DNA of 64,000 nt from Tubulanus polymorphus (lineage: Eukaryota; Animalia; Nemertea): the NCBI RefSeq assembly GCF_964204645.1, contig NC_134027.1, positions 22,530,560 through 22,594,559 of the forward strand, written 5' to 3'. Below, one piece after another: positions 38,372 through 52,566 of this stretch. The position numbers were made by a program, and so were the translations under genes. The notes beneath the pieces are model-generated. The model saw only the letters and a program-made list of their open reading frames with translations. It ran no database searches and was not told where the DNA came from. Every line of letters begins with the position of its first letter. Position 1 is the stretch's first letter.

Positions 38372-39911
38372 TTTCTTCAGCAAGACCACTTGATACATGA
38401 AGAGTGACAACATTAACAAAACTCTAAAATATCCACCTACAGGCTACTTGTTTGTCTCTGAGCAATGCACACTATCACAAAAGAAGACCGGCAAATGTTT
38501 CGCAAATACGAGTACTACAGATACCAAACAGTAAATAAGAATGATCAGCTACAAGTTGACTCGTAATGCTGGCTGAACCGGAACTACACGATTTCTCATA
38601 GTTGGTAGTTTTAAACGAAACACGATACACGAAGAAAAAGTATGTTGGGTAGAGATTAGATTTTTTTATTTGATTATGATATAAATGCATCATCTACAAT
38701 TTTACACTCTCATAAAGATCGCAGTTTTAGCATATCATCAACGTTATTACGATACTGTACATCGGTTCAAATTAATAGATTATTAGACGGGGAACCAACC
38801 CCTTGAATACAGTTATGCAATTGTGAGATAGAGACTCAGATCTTAAAATTATACAGTCAAGGTCCCTACAGATCAGTCCTTCCTGGATATAATTTCAAGT
38901 AATTGTCTACATCATTTTCACATCCCAATTACTCCTAAATCGGTAGTTTATCTCCATAAACCATTAATTTGGTGGTTTTGTAAGCAATAATCATCCCTTG
39001 CACAAATAAACTATGTTTCTAATTTGGTAACTGCCTAATTGGGTGAAGAAAAAAGCGTGGTCCAAACTACCGATTTAAGGTGTAGTTTACTGTACAACTA
39101 CAAACATTTCTAACTGCCTATTTCTCAAAATGGAAGGAGTTTTGGGCATTTTGCTACAGTTAAAGGAGTTTCAAGCACCTTTAAAAGCATTTTCAGTGTA
39201 GAAGTTTTTAAGGACTCGAGGCCAACTCCACTATCGCTAACAAAGGTAAACCAAAAACCAAATTTCCATTGCTTCTCCAGGGCCTGGAAGAAATTCCCAT
39301 TTTTTTCAAAACCCGCAATGATGCTTCGACTAAATTCGATGAGCCATTTTCAAAACTAGAGTTCTCTTTTGTTTTATTATCTGTCCTGAAAACAGCTCGC
39401 AGAATTGAGTCGAATCTTCACTAATCTCTTAGTTTTTCAATATACATGTAATCAATAAATTTGTGGGCGTTTACCTCAAAGAAGGCAAATGGTGAATGTC
39501 TCTAGGGGAAAGCTCCAGACAGCGTGTGAGTGTTGAGAATTCTGTAGAGATGAATTCTATATTCTATATACATTATAATATATGTAACTTAGCTATTGCA
39601 CAGGAAAAATTACAAACAACAAAAATAGTTCATTACGCTTAAAAATAAATAACTCGTAAAAATAACTTCCGATACCAGTCGCCGAAAGGGTGCTCAATGT
39701 TGAATCACGTGCCGATAGAACACCCTTTGAGCAACCGGTCTCGAATAACTTACATTCACTTGATTCAAAATATCACATTTAAGTACTATATATTTACTAT
39801 TCATCCAATACGAAATTAACCTAGTTTTTCAGTTTGGATCCGTTGCAAATTCAAATTGAAACGAATGTCATCTGACCGACCCAGTTTCACAGTTCGTGTA
39901 GTGAATTTTAC

Positions 39912-40383
39912 TTAACCCATTAGCACTCAGCCCGTATCTGCCCTGCCTATTACTCTTCAAACCGTTCGAATCCGCCCGCCACTTATTTCGTATGCACAAA
40001 AACGGTTATTGTGGGATTCGAACCCAATAGCTTATGATATACAAGTCCTCGAAATGCCGAATAGAAATCAACATCCTCCTATTTCAATTTCTCGAGTATT
40101 TCGAGTATGAACATGACACATCTGAGCACTCACTTCAAATCCAAGTAAGTTTGGATGAATTTCGGGGGGGGGGCCAAAAGTACAAGATTTAGGCGGCCCA
40201 CCTCATCAAATCTTACAACATATGAAAGCCTTGACTATTTACTACAAAATAACACGAACTTGTAGTGCATGAAAATACACAGGAAATGAGCTATTCGGTA
40301 ACGTGATGAACTTGGATTTTATTTGAATTTTCTGGGCAGTAATTGACACTACATAGTGAAATTCCTGAGTGCTAATGGGTTAA
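39912..40383. mobile_element. piggyBac-like MITE family B
   Basis: TTAA TSD; 15-bp TIR CCCATTAGCACTCAG/CTGAGTGCTAATGGG. Confidence 0.85.
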
Positions 40384-40931
40384 AGTAGTTAAGCAAGATG
40401 CCTGGGTTCAACTTTTTCCTCGTAGGGATTTGATTCCGGTGACACGGCTTCCACTTCGAAGACATTACAGCACATCTAGTGACGAAGTATTTCTTACGGT
40501 GGAATGCTCAACAGAATATGGTCATAAACTTTGCCGAAGTTGGATTCGTCAGCTTTCATTGGTCAATTTTCCGAAACACCTCATATATTTTGGCCAATGG
40601 GATCGATTTTCCGTCAAATCTCCGAACAAGCATTCTAATTCCACGGTTGCAAAGAAAGATGAACCGTGGACTAATCGACAGATTTTAGCAAAAACTAATA
40701 ATAGCACTGCATTCACAGACTTAACGAGTCTGATTTCCATGGTTATGCGGAAATAACGTACTGCGGATTCATAAACGGACAGTTCTTCCGCTAGCGGGGT
40801 ATCGATTCAAGTTTCATCGCCGATACTTCTATCACAGATTCTCGACCCCAAAATCCCGTTACAGGCTACTACTGCGTATTATTTTCCTCCTCTAATCCCT
40901 GTCGCGTCTTCGCCGTCGGACGCGGTCGCCG

Positions 40932-43900
40932 TCATACGAGCGACGATTTCCGAAAACCGACCTTTTCGGCAAATTGATCTAAAAGTCCCGATATTCGTCC
41001 GGCGTCGATGCCGTTGCGGAAACCGATCGTCGTGCTGTAGATGCTGTTGAAATTGCGACGCACGGAATCGAGTTTCTCTTTGCGAATCGTATCCTCTTCG
41101 GGAATCTCGCAACACCTAGACGAATACACAGCAAATAGTTACAAGGCTATTCTAGGATTCTAGGCCTATCCCGTAATCATAGACGCAGAATGAAAACCTA
41201 TCGAAACCATGATTCAGTTCCACAGTTGTTTTGATTTAATTCGACTTTTCAAAAATCCATTTTCACGCTTATACGGGTCTAATTGTACTGTTAACCCAGT
41301 TCCACAGTTGTGTGGGTTTAATTAAACTTTGGATCCAATTCCACAGTTGTGTGGGTTTTATTTAATCCAGTTGCACAGTTTTATGGGTTCAATCGACAAT
41401 CCCCCATACCCCAATCCCCTTATCAGGCACAGCTCTTAAGGTTGTCCTTCTTACCTACTTATTCATGAAATTATATCTTAAGAATTATTTTTGCACTCAT
41501 TAAGCCTATAAGTACATAAATCATTACTACTATCATTATGGACTCCACAGTTGTGCGGATTTAATTGACCTCCAGATCTAGTTCCACAGTTGAGTAGGTT
41601 TAATTCAACCCTGGATCCAGTTCCACATTTGTTCAGGATTAATTTGATCCAGTTTCACAGCTGTGTGAGTTTAATTTCACTTTGAAACCAGGACCCAGTT
41701 CTACAGTTGTGAGTTTGAGTTAACTCTGAGTTAAAGTTAGTTCATTTTCAATGAGTCAACTCACGAGTTGAATCTTAACTTAGAACTGTCGAACTGGACC
41801 CTGTTGTTTGGGATTATCCGACTCTTGAACCAGTTTCACAGTTGACTTACGAATTATTTCGACTGCTGCTCGACGACTGTTCGGAAGTAGACGACTGAGG
41901 AGAATCGTAAGTACACGAAGCCGTTCCCCGTAAACTTCCCGTACCAGTTATAATCTGCCAGCTAAAATTAATCAAACATTTCATAGTGATAACAACCTGC
42001 CCTTAAAGATATCGAGACATTAACTATTGGTAAATGCCTGCTCTTTAGAATATTGAATCATTAGATATTGGTAAATGCCTGCCCTTTAGAATATTGAAAC
42101 ATTAGATATCCATAAATTCCAGCCCTTTATAGTATTGAAGCATTTGATATTGGTAAATGCCTGCCCTTAACCCTTTCAGTGCGTCTACACCGCAGTGCGG
42201 TGTATAAATCAGTGATGGATTTTGCTAGTACACCGCACTGCGGTGTATTGATGTAATTAGTAATTTGTAATTATCTCTATTGAAAAATGGCAGTAAGTGT
42301 CAAACATAGTGAAATACTAGTAACTAACGATACACCGCACTGCGGTGTAGACGCACTATAGTGGTATTCCCATTGTTCAACACACTAGGGTGGAAGTTTT
42401 TAGAATTTTCAAATTTTCTCCAGCACTATAGGGTATTAATTAGTCAGCACTGAAAGGGTTAAGAATATTGAAACATTAGATATCCATAAATGCCTGCCCT
42501 TTGGAATATTGAAACATACATTAGATATCGGTAAATGTTAGCCCTTTAGAATATTGAAACACTAGATATCCATAAATGCCTGCCCTTCGGAATATTGAAA
42601 CATACATTAGATATCGCTAAATGCCAGCCCTTTAGAATTTTCAAAAATTAGATATCCATAAATGCCCGCCCTTTAGAATATTGAAACAGTTGATATCATT
42701 GGTAAATGCCAGCCCTTAAGAATATTGAAACATTAGATATCGGTAAATGCCAGCCCTTTAGAGTATTGAAACATTAGATATCCATAAATGCCTGCCCTTT
42801 AAAATATTGAAACATATATTAGATATCGGTAAATGCCTGCCCTTTAGAATATTGAAATATTACATATTGGTAAATGCTTGCCCTTAGAATATTGAAACAT
42901 TACATATTGGTAAATGCCAGCCCTTTAGAATATTGAAACATTACATATTGGTAAATGCCTACCCCTTGACATAACCTAACATCAGACATCCGAAAACACT
43001 TGTCCTTTTGAAATGATCAAAGATAAGATTTTGGTTGAAATGACCCCAGAAAATAACCAAACAATAGATATCAATAAAAGCTCCATAAAATATTGGAAAA
43101 TTTCAACTGTTTCTCAATCCTCACCTGCCAGCGGATGAACCAGATTTAGATTGTTCTACTGCACGTCTTGGCACAGCCATCGGCGTGCTACTCGTTAAAT
43201 GACTTCCGAATCTAGACAGTGGCTCCGCCTGTTGGGTTCCACTGTTCTTACGATGTATTGGAGAGCGGCGATGACAACCGCCATGTGACCTGAAAATCAG
43301 AAAAAACGAAATGTCTAAAATCTCGAGACATTTCCACTGGACCAATTTCATTGGTCCCAAACCATCCGAATTAACCCTATCAGTGCGTCTACACCGCAGT
43401 GCGGTCTACTAATCAGTGATGGATTTTGCTAGTACACCGCACTGCGGTGTATTGATGTAATTAGTAATTACTAATTATCTCTCTTGAAAGATGGCAGCAC
43501 CTGTCAAACATGGTGAAATATTAGTAACTAATGATACACCGCCCCGCAGTGTAGACGCATTATAGTGGTATTCCAGTTATTCAACACACTAGGGTGGAAT
43601 TTTTCAGAATTTTCAAATTATCTCCAGCACTATAGGGTATTAATTAGCCAGCACTGAAAGGGTTCAGCGGATTCTACTGTATTCACCCGTTAGTGTGATG
43701 ACACACGAATGGCTCGTCGTCCTGCGATAGATTCGTGACGTTCACCAGCTCCGTGTTATTACTCCTATTACTTTGAACGCTACTTGAACTGCTAATACTA
43801 GTATTGCTGCCACGGTAGCCAGAACTACGATTGTCTGTTTCTGAAATGAATACAAATTGATTAGCGAACTCGAGGTTCTGCTGCATATATTTGAAAGTTC

Positions 43901-46900
43901 GCTCTTTCTTATCCTTTTAATACCAATCCTCGTTTAACACAAACTGTCAACAAAATATGCTAAATCTGTTAAATTCAATGAAAATACAGTCAAGTCAACT
44001 GAAGTTGTATCAAAGTAACGAATTAAAGTTTGACTGTACGTTCTGAATTGATCAATTATAAAATATTCACCTAGTAAAACACCATCTATCACATTCTCGG
44101 AATCAGTCCGACTGACAGATCTCGTTTTCCTAAAAGAACAAACAGAAATATTAATTCTTCAGAACATAACATCACATCGCCCCCTCTAGTCCTCGAACCT
44201 TGATAAGTCAATTTTGCAACGCTCTGATAAGCTATATAGAGTATACTATAGAAATTATCCCATAGAGATTTACACAGTTTTACACAGTGTACGACTTACT
44301 TTTTCGGTAATGAAAATTCGTCCGACGTGATGTAACGTAAAAAGTAGAAACAGAAGAAGAAAATCTGGAAAAAATATTCAAAATTCATGTCATCAAAGGT
44401 TAGACACAAAATAGAAAACATTTTTTGAGATGAATTCGATAAATGTTTTGAAACCGAGTTACGGTTGTACGTAGGTCTACCTCTTCTCCTTTTGAAAGGC
44501 GATCCGGCAAATTATGTCTGGAAAAGAATTCATAAAGTTTACGCTAAGTAGATGCATTATTTCTGAAAAATGGCAGAAATATCACCGAAGTGAATCTGCG
44601 GTCAGAACGCTATACGGTATCTACATTCTTCCAATGTATCTACATTCCTCAAAACAATGTCTGAGGGGGTGGTTCTAGGCTGTAGATTGATACCTGCATG
44701 GTATACAGTAGTTGGATGGACAATTTTTATCATAGGATAGCCTCAATGAAGGGGTGAACTTCATGTCCTGTTATAATAATCTCTGTACCAATTATTTATG
44801 CAAAATAAATCAAATAAAACTTACCCGAAGAAGAACCAATCGTAAGCTATAGTCAGATATAAGATTTCTAAGGCGCTGAGCGACGTATGAATCAGGCCGT
44901 CTGCCCATAACGACAATCGCACTAACGAAACAAACAACGGCGTGCGATCCCAACCCGATATACAATGAATTAACATTCCATGTTCTCCTGAAATAGCGAA
45001 AGAGAAAAAAGTAGTATATATCTGATATGTAAAAATATAATGTTTTGAATTTTAGCCCAGAGTATTGCATCTGAAATAATGTCTAGTTCAACTTTGCTTG
45101 AGAGGACATCGGGTGGCCGAGCTCAGTAAAATTTTCGTAGTACATACCTAATATAGGTATTAAAAGCACCAGAATGGATGCGCAGTTGAACTAAGACATT
45201 GATTTTCGATCCATTTTATCCCACATCATATCATTGTCAAAAAGTATTCACTGAATGGGGTTTGCATTTTAGTGAATATTTTCTTGAATAATTCAAGTTC
45301 AACAATGAGTCTGCATGCCTATCCACTGAAGTTTTTTTCAAGTCATCAAGAATTATGGTAGGTAGGCATGGAAACATATTTTTCAACAATCAGATTATGG
45401 AGTCACTTATCTCTTTTCAACCCGACACAAACAAGACTTTCTGGCAATCCCTTAATACAGTGTAAAATGGATTAAAAAACAAAGTTTTAGTTCAACTGCC
45501 CATCCATTCTCGTTCTATTTGGACCTATGTCATTCGAAGGCCAGGGTCCAGATGAAAAGAAAAGACATTTTTCAGATGAAGCTGCCATGTCGTAGGCTTC
45601 TCGCAGGTCCCGCCCTCGACGGTGTTAGATATTTTTGAAGAAATTCAACCGGAAATATACAATTTCCAAACGGATGTTTGTCAAATTTGCAGGTCATAAC
45701 GATCTTTGCCACACAAAACAGGCAAGGTCATTCGGAATGTAGGGGTCTGGGCCGCGAGACCACAGATCCCTTAATTCCACCCCCGGTTGTGCTAGTCTCC
45801 GTTTTACCTTCAGAAATATATTGCAGCATCAATTTCAGATAACTTTGAGTTAATTTCACGAGATCCCATAACTAGAAACGAATCGAAAAACAACGCCAGA
45901 AATGAAACAACCGATCAATAAATTCATACACACATTTTAAATGCCCGGGAAAGGATAAAAAGCCTACGTCTCACGTACCTTGTACGAATTCCAATCCAAT
46001 TTCATTTTGGAGGAAATTGAATCGGTTGGAATATCTAAATGAGCATCGACGAATGCCTGAAATAGAAGTTAAACTAACTTTCAATTGTTTAAAATTTTAT
46101 AGTCATTACCTTCCTGAGCACCTTACTCAGGCATGAGTAGCAGGTTCCAAGTTTCTTAGTTGTCGAATAAACACTATAATCCGTGTATACTGTAGATAAA
46201 TGAGGAAATCCCACACCTCGAATTTTAAAATTATACGATCAAATTTATTATAATGAAACCACAACGTTTCGGCTGTTGATTAACAGCCATCATCAGGTGG
46301 AATGACCAGAAAAACAATCTGGTCACATTTTTCTGGTCATTCCACCTGATGATGGCTGTTAGTCAACAGCCGAAACGTGGTTTCATTGAAATAAATTTGA
46401 TCGTATAATTTTAAAATTCGAAGTGTGGGATTTCCTCATTTATCCAAGTTTCTTATTGCCCTTGACCTACTGAGCACTACTCAGCGCATTATTAACAGGT
46501 TCAAGGTGTCCTTGTTCCCCTCAACCCACTGAGCTCCATAATCCATGGCATTATATTAAATGCGTACATGCATGAGGTTTCTTTTTCATCCCGATTATCA
46601 GCAGGTATCACTCATTATTGAGATTTGCATATCAATATTTTTACAGGATGAAGCTTATATACATTACTGGTGAAAGCTTGTACAAACAAACCTAGTTAAT
46701 TTTCAAAGAACTACTCAAGAGTTAGACGTCCCGACTGCAATTGACCATGTAACCCTAGTGGGTCTTTAGAGACAACCAGGGCTTTGTTATAGGTTGTTAT
46801 AGCTAACAACCTGAGTCCATGTATGAGTCTTGACAGCCAAAATTGGTTTCGAACCAGGGACCTCTTGGTTCCCAGTCCTCCACTCAACAAACTGAGCTAA

Positions 46901-49900
46901 CCGCTGAGTAAAACCTACTGTATTCTTCTTTGTGCTTACTGATTACATACTCTCAAGTAAGCCTACCTGGTTCCAGTCGAATATCAACCCCTCGGCCGTG
47001 TAGCCGTTCTCTCTCCATTCTTTGAAGAACTCACAACCGGGGAACGGAAGAGATACGATAGTGAAGTCGCTGTAACGATGTTCTTTGTCGACTTTTTCCG
47101 ACGAGGTCACACTGAAAACATGGGACGGAGAATATCGGTAATAACCAGGGATATAACAAAGATATGATTCCTATCCAGCGGCGGATCCAGGGGGTGCACA
47201 AGGGGCACGTGCACCCCCCTAAAGTCCTCGCTAATTTTTTTTTGTGAGAACAAAGACAAGCATGTGAAAAATCCCTGAAAATGTGTAAGCTTATGTCATT
47301 GTTTACAATTACCAGTACTTTTTTACAGCAGTCCTACATCATTCATGTCGTTTCATACTCTGATCGTGCCCAGAACGCGTCTCCACGCATCTAATTTAAA
47401 AAATTTTTCCCCCACAACCCCTACTTGGATTTATGCACCCCCTCCATCCGGCATGGAATCCTGGATCCGCCGCTGCTATCAGTGGACGCTGAAACCAAGT
47501 CCACCCATGAGTCAACCGAAAGGAATAGATAGCTCTTGAAACCGATTGAACCGATGATAGTACGTAACTTTCTCGTTTGAATGCAACTGATTGTACCGCT
47601 ATGCCAACTCAGTCTGAACAATATCCACACTTGGTACATGCTCAAAACTTTCAAATCCTCCTATTTTGACGTTAATCATGGATTCACGCTGCGACTCATT
47701 TTAAAAACAATTGAACCGATGATACTACAACTATACGTTGCTTTCTTGTTTAAACATAACTTATTCTAATTAATTACGAACTCGGTTCGAAGAATATTCG
47801 CATCGATAAAAACGTTAAATGACTTTCATCAAAGCCTCTTTTTTCAACTTAAAACAGTGTCAAAACATGACACACACGCCACTGACAAACCCATACGTAG
47901 ATGATAGACTACATCTACGGCAAATATCTACGAAAATACGTAGCTCATTGACTTGCAAGACAATGCTTGCTCTCACCTTTAAAACTATTTCGCAAAAGTA
48001 AATTCGACATAGCAGCGCTTAATTTAGCTAGTTCATCTTCAATTATTTCAATGCAGCTACAAATCCAGGTCCATCGATGAGAGGCTTACACGAAGCTTTA
48101 AGTCCAAAAACTTTCTGCATCTAAATAAAAACTTACTTCATGCCGAATTTGACTTTCTTCTTTTCGACCATCAGATCGCAGATATAGTCGACTTGTAACG
48201 TTCTCAGCAGTTTGATATCTTGTCCTCGGATCCGATCAAACAATTGCCAGTCGGTGTTCCTAGATGAAACATCGTCTTAAGTCACTGATGCAGGATCTTT
48301 TTAGCAGGGTTTAAAACCTGATCGCATCATGAGACTGCCCGCAGTGTTTTCAATAAGAGCTAGGTCCCAGGTCCCAGACCCGTCTGTTGTTTGTAAAGGA
48401 CCCGCCTGATTCTTCAAACCAGCTATAGTTTCATGAAGAGTGACATATTATGAGACCCTCGTGCGTATATGAACCATATGGCATCGTAAGACTCATTCAC
48501 GTTCCTCCTCTCAGGGATTAGAACCTGATGGTGTCAAAGAGACTCTGCCACATTCCTCTCTCACTAAGATCTGATGATATATAGTGAGACTCTGTCACGC
48601 TCCTCCCTCACAAAGATTTGAACCTGATGATCTCGCGAGACTGCCACATTCCCCCCTCAAATATTTGAATCTTATGGCATTGTGAGACTCTGCCATATTC
48701 CTCCCACATATTTGTAATTCAGCAAAATCCCAAATAAGGGCTTAAAGAATGGACTATTGAAAAGAATGAAATGAAATCATCACTTACGAGGCAACCGTCT
48801 CCATATCAGCAGGAATACTTTCACCTCCTGAAATATAGAACATATTCGTTACTTGAAACGAGGAATAAAAACGTGGCCATCTCCAGTAGCGGCATGTTGG
48901 TAATGTAGTAACAAAGCATAATGCCCTAGTTAATCACTTTCACTGAAGCAAGCCGACTGTCAATACAGGCATGCGCTTTATACATTCTGAATTATTCCTG
49001 GGGGAGGGCCTTAGCTCTGCATGCTATTCTAGCTCTTGTTACTTATCTAGAAATACAGCTCACCAGAGAAAAAGAAATCGAATCCCGATCGTCCATAGAT
49101 CTCGGCACCTCCGGATATCGTGGCTGAACGACAAATATGCTACAAGACAAGAAACACCATATCAGTTACTATCTCAAGGTGTGACATTTCATTTTCGGTT
49201 TTTTTATAACCACAAACAGAGTGTTTCATCAAACGACACTCAAAAGGCTTTAGTGAACATTAAACAGGTTCTACAGAGATTTATGGATTATCATTACCAT
49301 TACAAGGTTGTGAGTTAGATTTCAATTCGAGTTGAAATGCATTCATTTTCAATGGGCACGCCGCAGTTGACCGGGGCAATCGAGGATCTCTACCAGATGT
49401 GCAAGTGTGCATTAGGACAATGATGCCAGTTGAAATTCATCCATTATATCTCATATTCGATGAATGATGAATAAAAATATTGTTTGGCATGAACCTTAAA
49501 GATCAATCTGAGTTTACCTAGATTTGCCTTATTCTCTAAGGATCGAAATCGAAAATGAACTAATCTTTTTATTGAGTTGTCCTATAGATACACGTCATGC
49601 CATCGACGAGTTAGGCAGCTGATGATACAGAGTCGTCAATAGTTAGACCTTGATTCTACAAATGTAGATCTCGCTGTGGTTAGAAAACAATGTCTAACAA
49701 AAACCGATCTACTACGCCTACCTTTCCTTCGATGAGTATGATAGGAACGGCAAACCGAGCGCGACAGCGAGCGAACCTTGATTTGATGAACAAATCTTTC
49801 AATTTGTTCACGTCGTAAAGTGATTGCACGCTGAAAAACAAAATAATCTCAGCTCATATGACCAGACCAGAAGATCTTAGATACAATAACAGAAGATCTT

Positions 49901-52566
49901 GTTACAATAACAGTTCATTCACTGTTATAATCCTATTGTTCCAAATGAATTAAGAATTCCTGAGTATCCCATTTTTAAATAATTTCCCAAAAAGAAAAAC
50001 TCTCCCTTGTAAAATACTACTGGGATGTCAACATTGTAGCGATGACTGGTTGATGATAAAGGTACCTTAAAGAATAATTGCTGAAATTGCCCTTGGGCAA
50101 GCAATTGACATCCCAAAACTATGCTCTGTGAAATATACTTCCTAAATATCTCCCGAATTGAAGGAAAACCCGATCAAATTCCAAAATATTTCCAGGCAAT
50201 TTTATCTGAAATCTGAAAGTTTTTCCCGATTTCCCAGTACTGTGGGATTCATGAATCCGATAAGAAATTAAAGTAAAACATCATTACAAAAAACTTCAGG
50301 GCACGTATCAAGTAGAAAATTAATCAGCGGGATTAATAGTTTCATAAGTAATCTAGGACCGATGAAATCAATGCGATTTATGCATAGATCGACCATCGAA
50401 AACGATTTAACTCATTCAGATTAAGTCTGACACGAACTTACTTTTCATTGTGTTTATTTGCGGTCGATAACGAATATTCTAACAGCACTATTTGACCCGG
50501 ATAATGACTACAAAGTTCACCGTTCGCATTATCAACCACCTGAAAATAGACGAAATACACATGTTGTTTAGTTGTAATCAATTCAGCGAAGAGATTAAAA
50601 AACTCATGATCGATAAAGTTGTTTAGAAAGACGAAAAAAAGTAGAACAAATGTCAACATTTAGAATGTGACTTCATCCCGGCTGTTCATGTGACATCACA
50701 GTAATGGCCATAACCGTAAACGTTTCAATCGAATGATAGTAAAGGGACAATATGTCAGGGTTGAGAGTTCCTTTTGAGAAAAAAAAGTCGCGGCATTAAA
50801 CATTTCTGTTTAAGTGATAATACTCACGGTATATTTGTAGTCTTTTCCGAAAAGTTGTAGACAATGTTTCTGAATTTTCTCAGCCTGTCAGGTATAGAAA
50901 AAGAACCGATCATTAGGTATAGGTCGGGAAAACTTAAGAGAGTAATTCTAGGATAAATGTTTTTCGTAAAGATCTCCTTCTTCATATCGAAGGACCTGAT
51001 CTGTTTAAGCTCCCGGCCCAAATATTTGAAAAATGTAATTCATGACATAATTGTCTAAGGTGTATGAAGTGAGTTCGTTCTGTAAGCACCCAGCAATACT
51101 CGAACCAACTTGTCACTACACGCTGATAGTGGATCGTCATGCCTCGGTCATCCTAGTCTAGTACCTAGCCGTCGTTCTACAAACAACGTTGTTGTTGGGA
51201 ACCGGTAACAACAACTGGTATTCAGACTACGGTCATCCTTATAACCATATAACTCAAATCAAATTTGATTTGAGTTCTATGTTATAACCGAGATGACACA
51301 TTTACACGCCTTATCTCACCGGAGCTACGAATATCGTTTTTATTGGATAATTAAGTGACAACAATCATTCATTCATTGACCTAAGACATTTCCCTGATCG
51401 TTCTAGAACCAAGAACCTTAGTGTCTGACGTAACACAGACACTAAGACACGAACAATATTTTCTCGATACTGTGACTTAAAGCCACTGGAAATCCAGTTT
51501 CACGAAACCGATTGAGAAAAATAAACTATCATTACAAACCGCACACATTCAGTTTTCTTATTATTTTATTCATTCGCATGTTCCTTCATCATAGTCCGTG
51601 TTTGATGCAATATAGATGCAGAAATAGCAAAAATGACACCATTTTTTCACTTTGAAACTAGGTATTTTAACACTGTAGTTCGTTAGCAACAAGACAAATT
51701 GAGCGATGCGTGTCTCATCGCTAAACAGCGCATCATTTTTGTATCTTAAATTTAATCGTACTAAAATCAGATTTATCGTCAAAATGCTGTAACGAACAAA
51801 CGTAAGACGTTATAAGGTTAGTTTAGATAGTTTATTTATCAAAATCGGTTGTTTATTTGCCGAGATATCGCAACACAGACAAAAAAGCCGGTCCTGCTTG
51901 TTACCGAGATGATGTAATTTACCGAGATGAACCGAGATGACATGTTATATAACATGTTTATTTATTCCTTATCGATTTTAACACTTGAAATCATATTCTA
52001 TCAGTAATAAATACCTGCTGCAGTCATATTTTACATATTTTGTCGGATATTTTTGTAAAAAAATAACATTTAACTTTACTGAGATGAGATCGTCGATCAA
52101 TCGAATTCAATAAAATTTCATTGATAACCGAGATGATGTATTTGAAGTCAATATTTTTTCTACAAAATTTCCGGCAAATTATGTAAAATATGACTCTAGA
52201 AGGTATTTATTACTGATGTAACATGATTTCAAGTGTTAGACCGGTTAAGGAATTAATACAAAAATGCTATACTTCATGTTATCTCGGTAATATGTGTCAT
52301 CTAGGTTATAAGGAGGACCCAAAAAAGCCGCAAAAAATTCTGGTCGGCAACTGTACAGTGAATTTGAATGAACGTGTCTGGGTCTCTGGGTACACTATTG
52401 TAGAGCAACGTAGATCACTGTGGAGACAACCACTGTCAGGACTGGTCGAAGACGTAATCTAACTCACGTTCAAGTCGTTTTCTCTCGGTTTGTAAATGGT
52501 TTTCGACGAATGTTCGATCAGATTTCGTAGATCATCGACGCGCACCAGTTCGGGGAACTCCGACAT
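40932..52566 (-). CDS. MTMR14: Myotubularin-related protein 14 (PI3P phosphatase, Jumpy), 18 exons, 608 aa
   Basis: Phase-consistent exons: 52468-52566, 50828-50884, 50442-50539, 49722-49830, 49064-49139, 48788-48827, 48137-48259, 46967-47111, 45979-46056, 45808-45871, 44825-44987, 44481-44517, 44300-44364, 44071-44129, 43687-43840, 43125-43289, 41851-41961, 40932-41115 (1827 nt). Motifs FARCRARFAVP, HICRSAT, DLMVEKKKVKFGMNVTSSEKVDK, FPGCEFF, and the catalytic CX5R LIHCISGWDRTPLF (HCISGWDR at 44944-44967). Confidence 0.93.
41995..42970. repeat. ~38-42-bp minisatellite, about 17 units, interrupted by a MITE
   Basis: Unit AAATGCCTGCCCTTTAGAATATTGAAACATTAGATAT(TGGT/CCAT). Confidence 0.95.
42167..42462. 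mobile_element. piggyBac-like MITE family A (288 bp, intact); further copies 43371-43666, 28296-28435 (partial), 29308-29651, 8364-8500 (deleted)
   Basis: Perfect TTAA TSD and CCCTTTCAGTGC TIRs; internal TACACCGCA(G/C)TGCGGTGTA palindromes. Confidence 0.92.
46159..46442. mobile_element. ~250-bp near-perfect hairpin insertion with 13-bp TSD and hammerhead-like core (possibly Penelope-like)
   Basis: Arms 46195-46314 and ~46328-46444; TCCAAGTTTCTTA at 46146-46158 and 46443-46455; CTGATGA-t-GGCTGTT..AACAGCC-GAAAC in each arm. Confidence 0.6.
46730..46905 (-). mobile_element. tRNA-derived SINE fragment
   Basis: Minus strand reads GCGGTTAGCTCAGTTTG...GGTTCGAAACC (A and B boxes) without a complete acceptor stem. 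Confidence 0.5.
47176..47475. mobile_element. 300-bp MITE, 16-bp TIR CAGCGGCGGATCCAGG, 5-bp TSD CTATC
   Basis: Perfect TIRs and TSD are visible directly. Confidence 0.9.
51146..52317. mobile_element. ~1.1-kb non-autonomous TIR element in MTMR14 intron 1 with nested mini-insertions
   Basis: Left end GTCATCCTTATAACC..GAGATGACACAT versus right end ATGTGTCATCTAGGTTATAAGGAGGAC; repeated ACCGAGATGA motifs inside. Confidence 0.6.

Noticed and set aside
44810-45070. ORF-track translation of this MTMR14 region lacking a CX5R motif (dead phosphatase?)
   Set aside because: Wrong frame; the spliced frame reads LIHCISGWDRTPLF, an intact active site.
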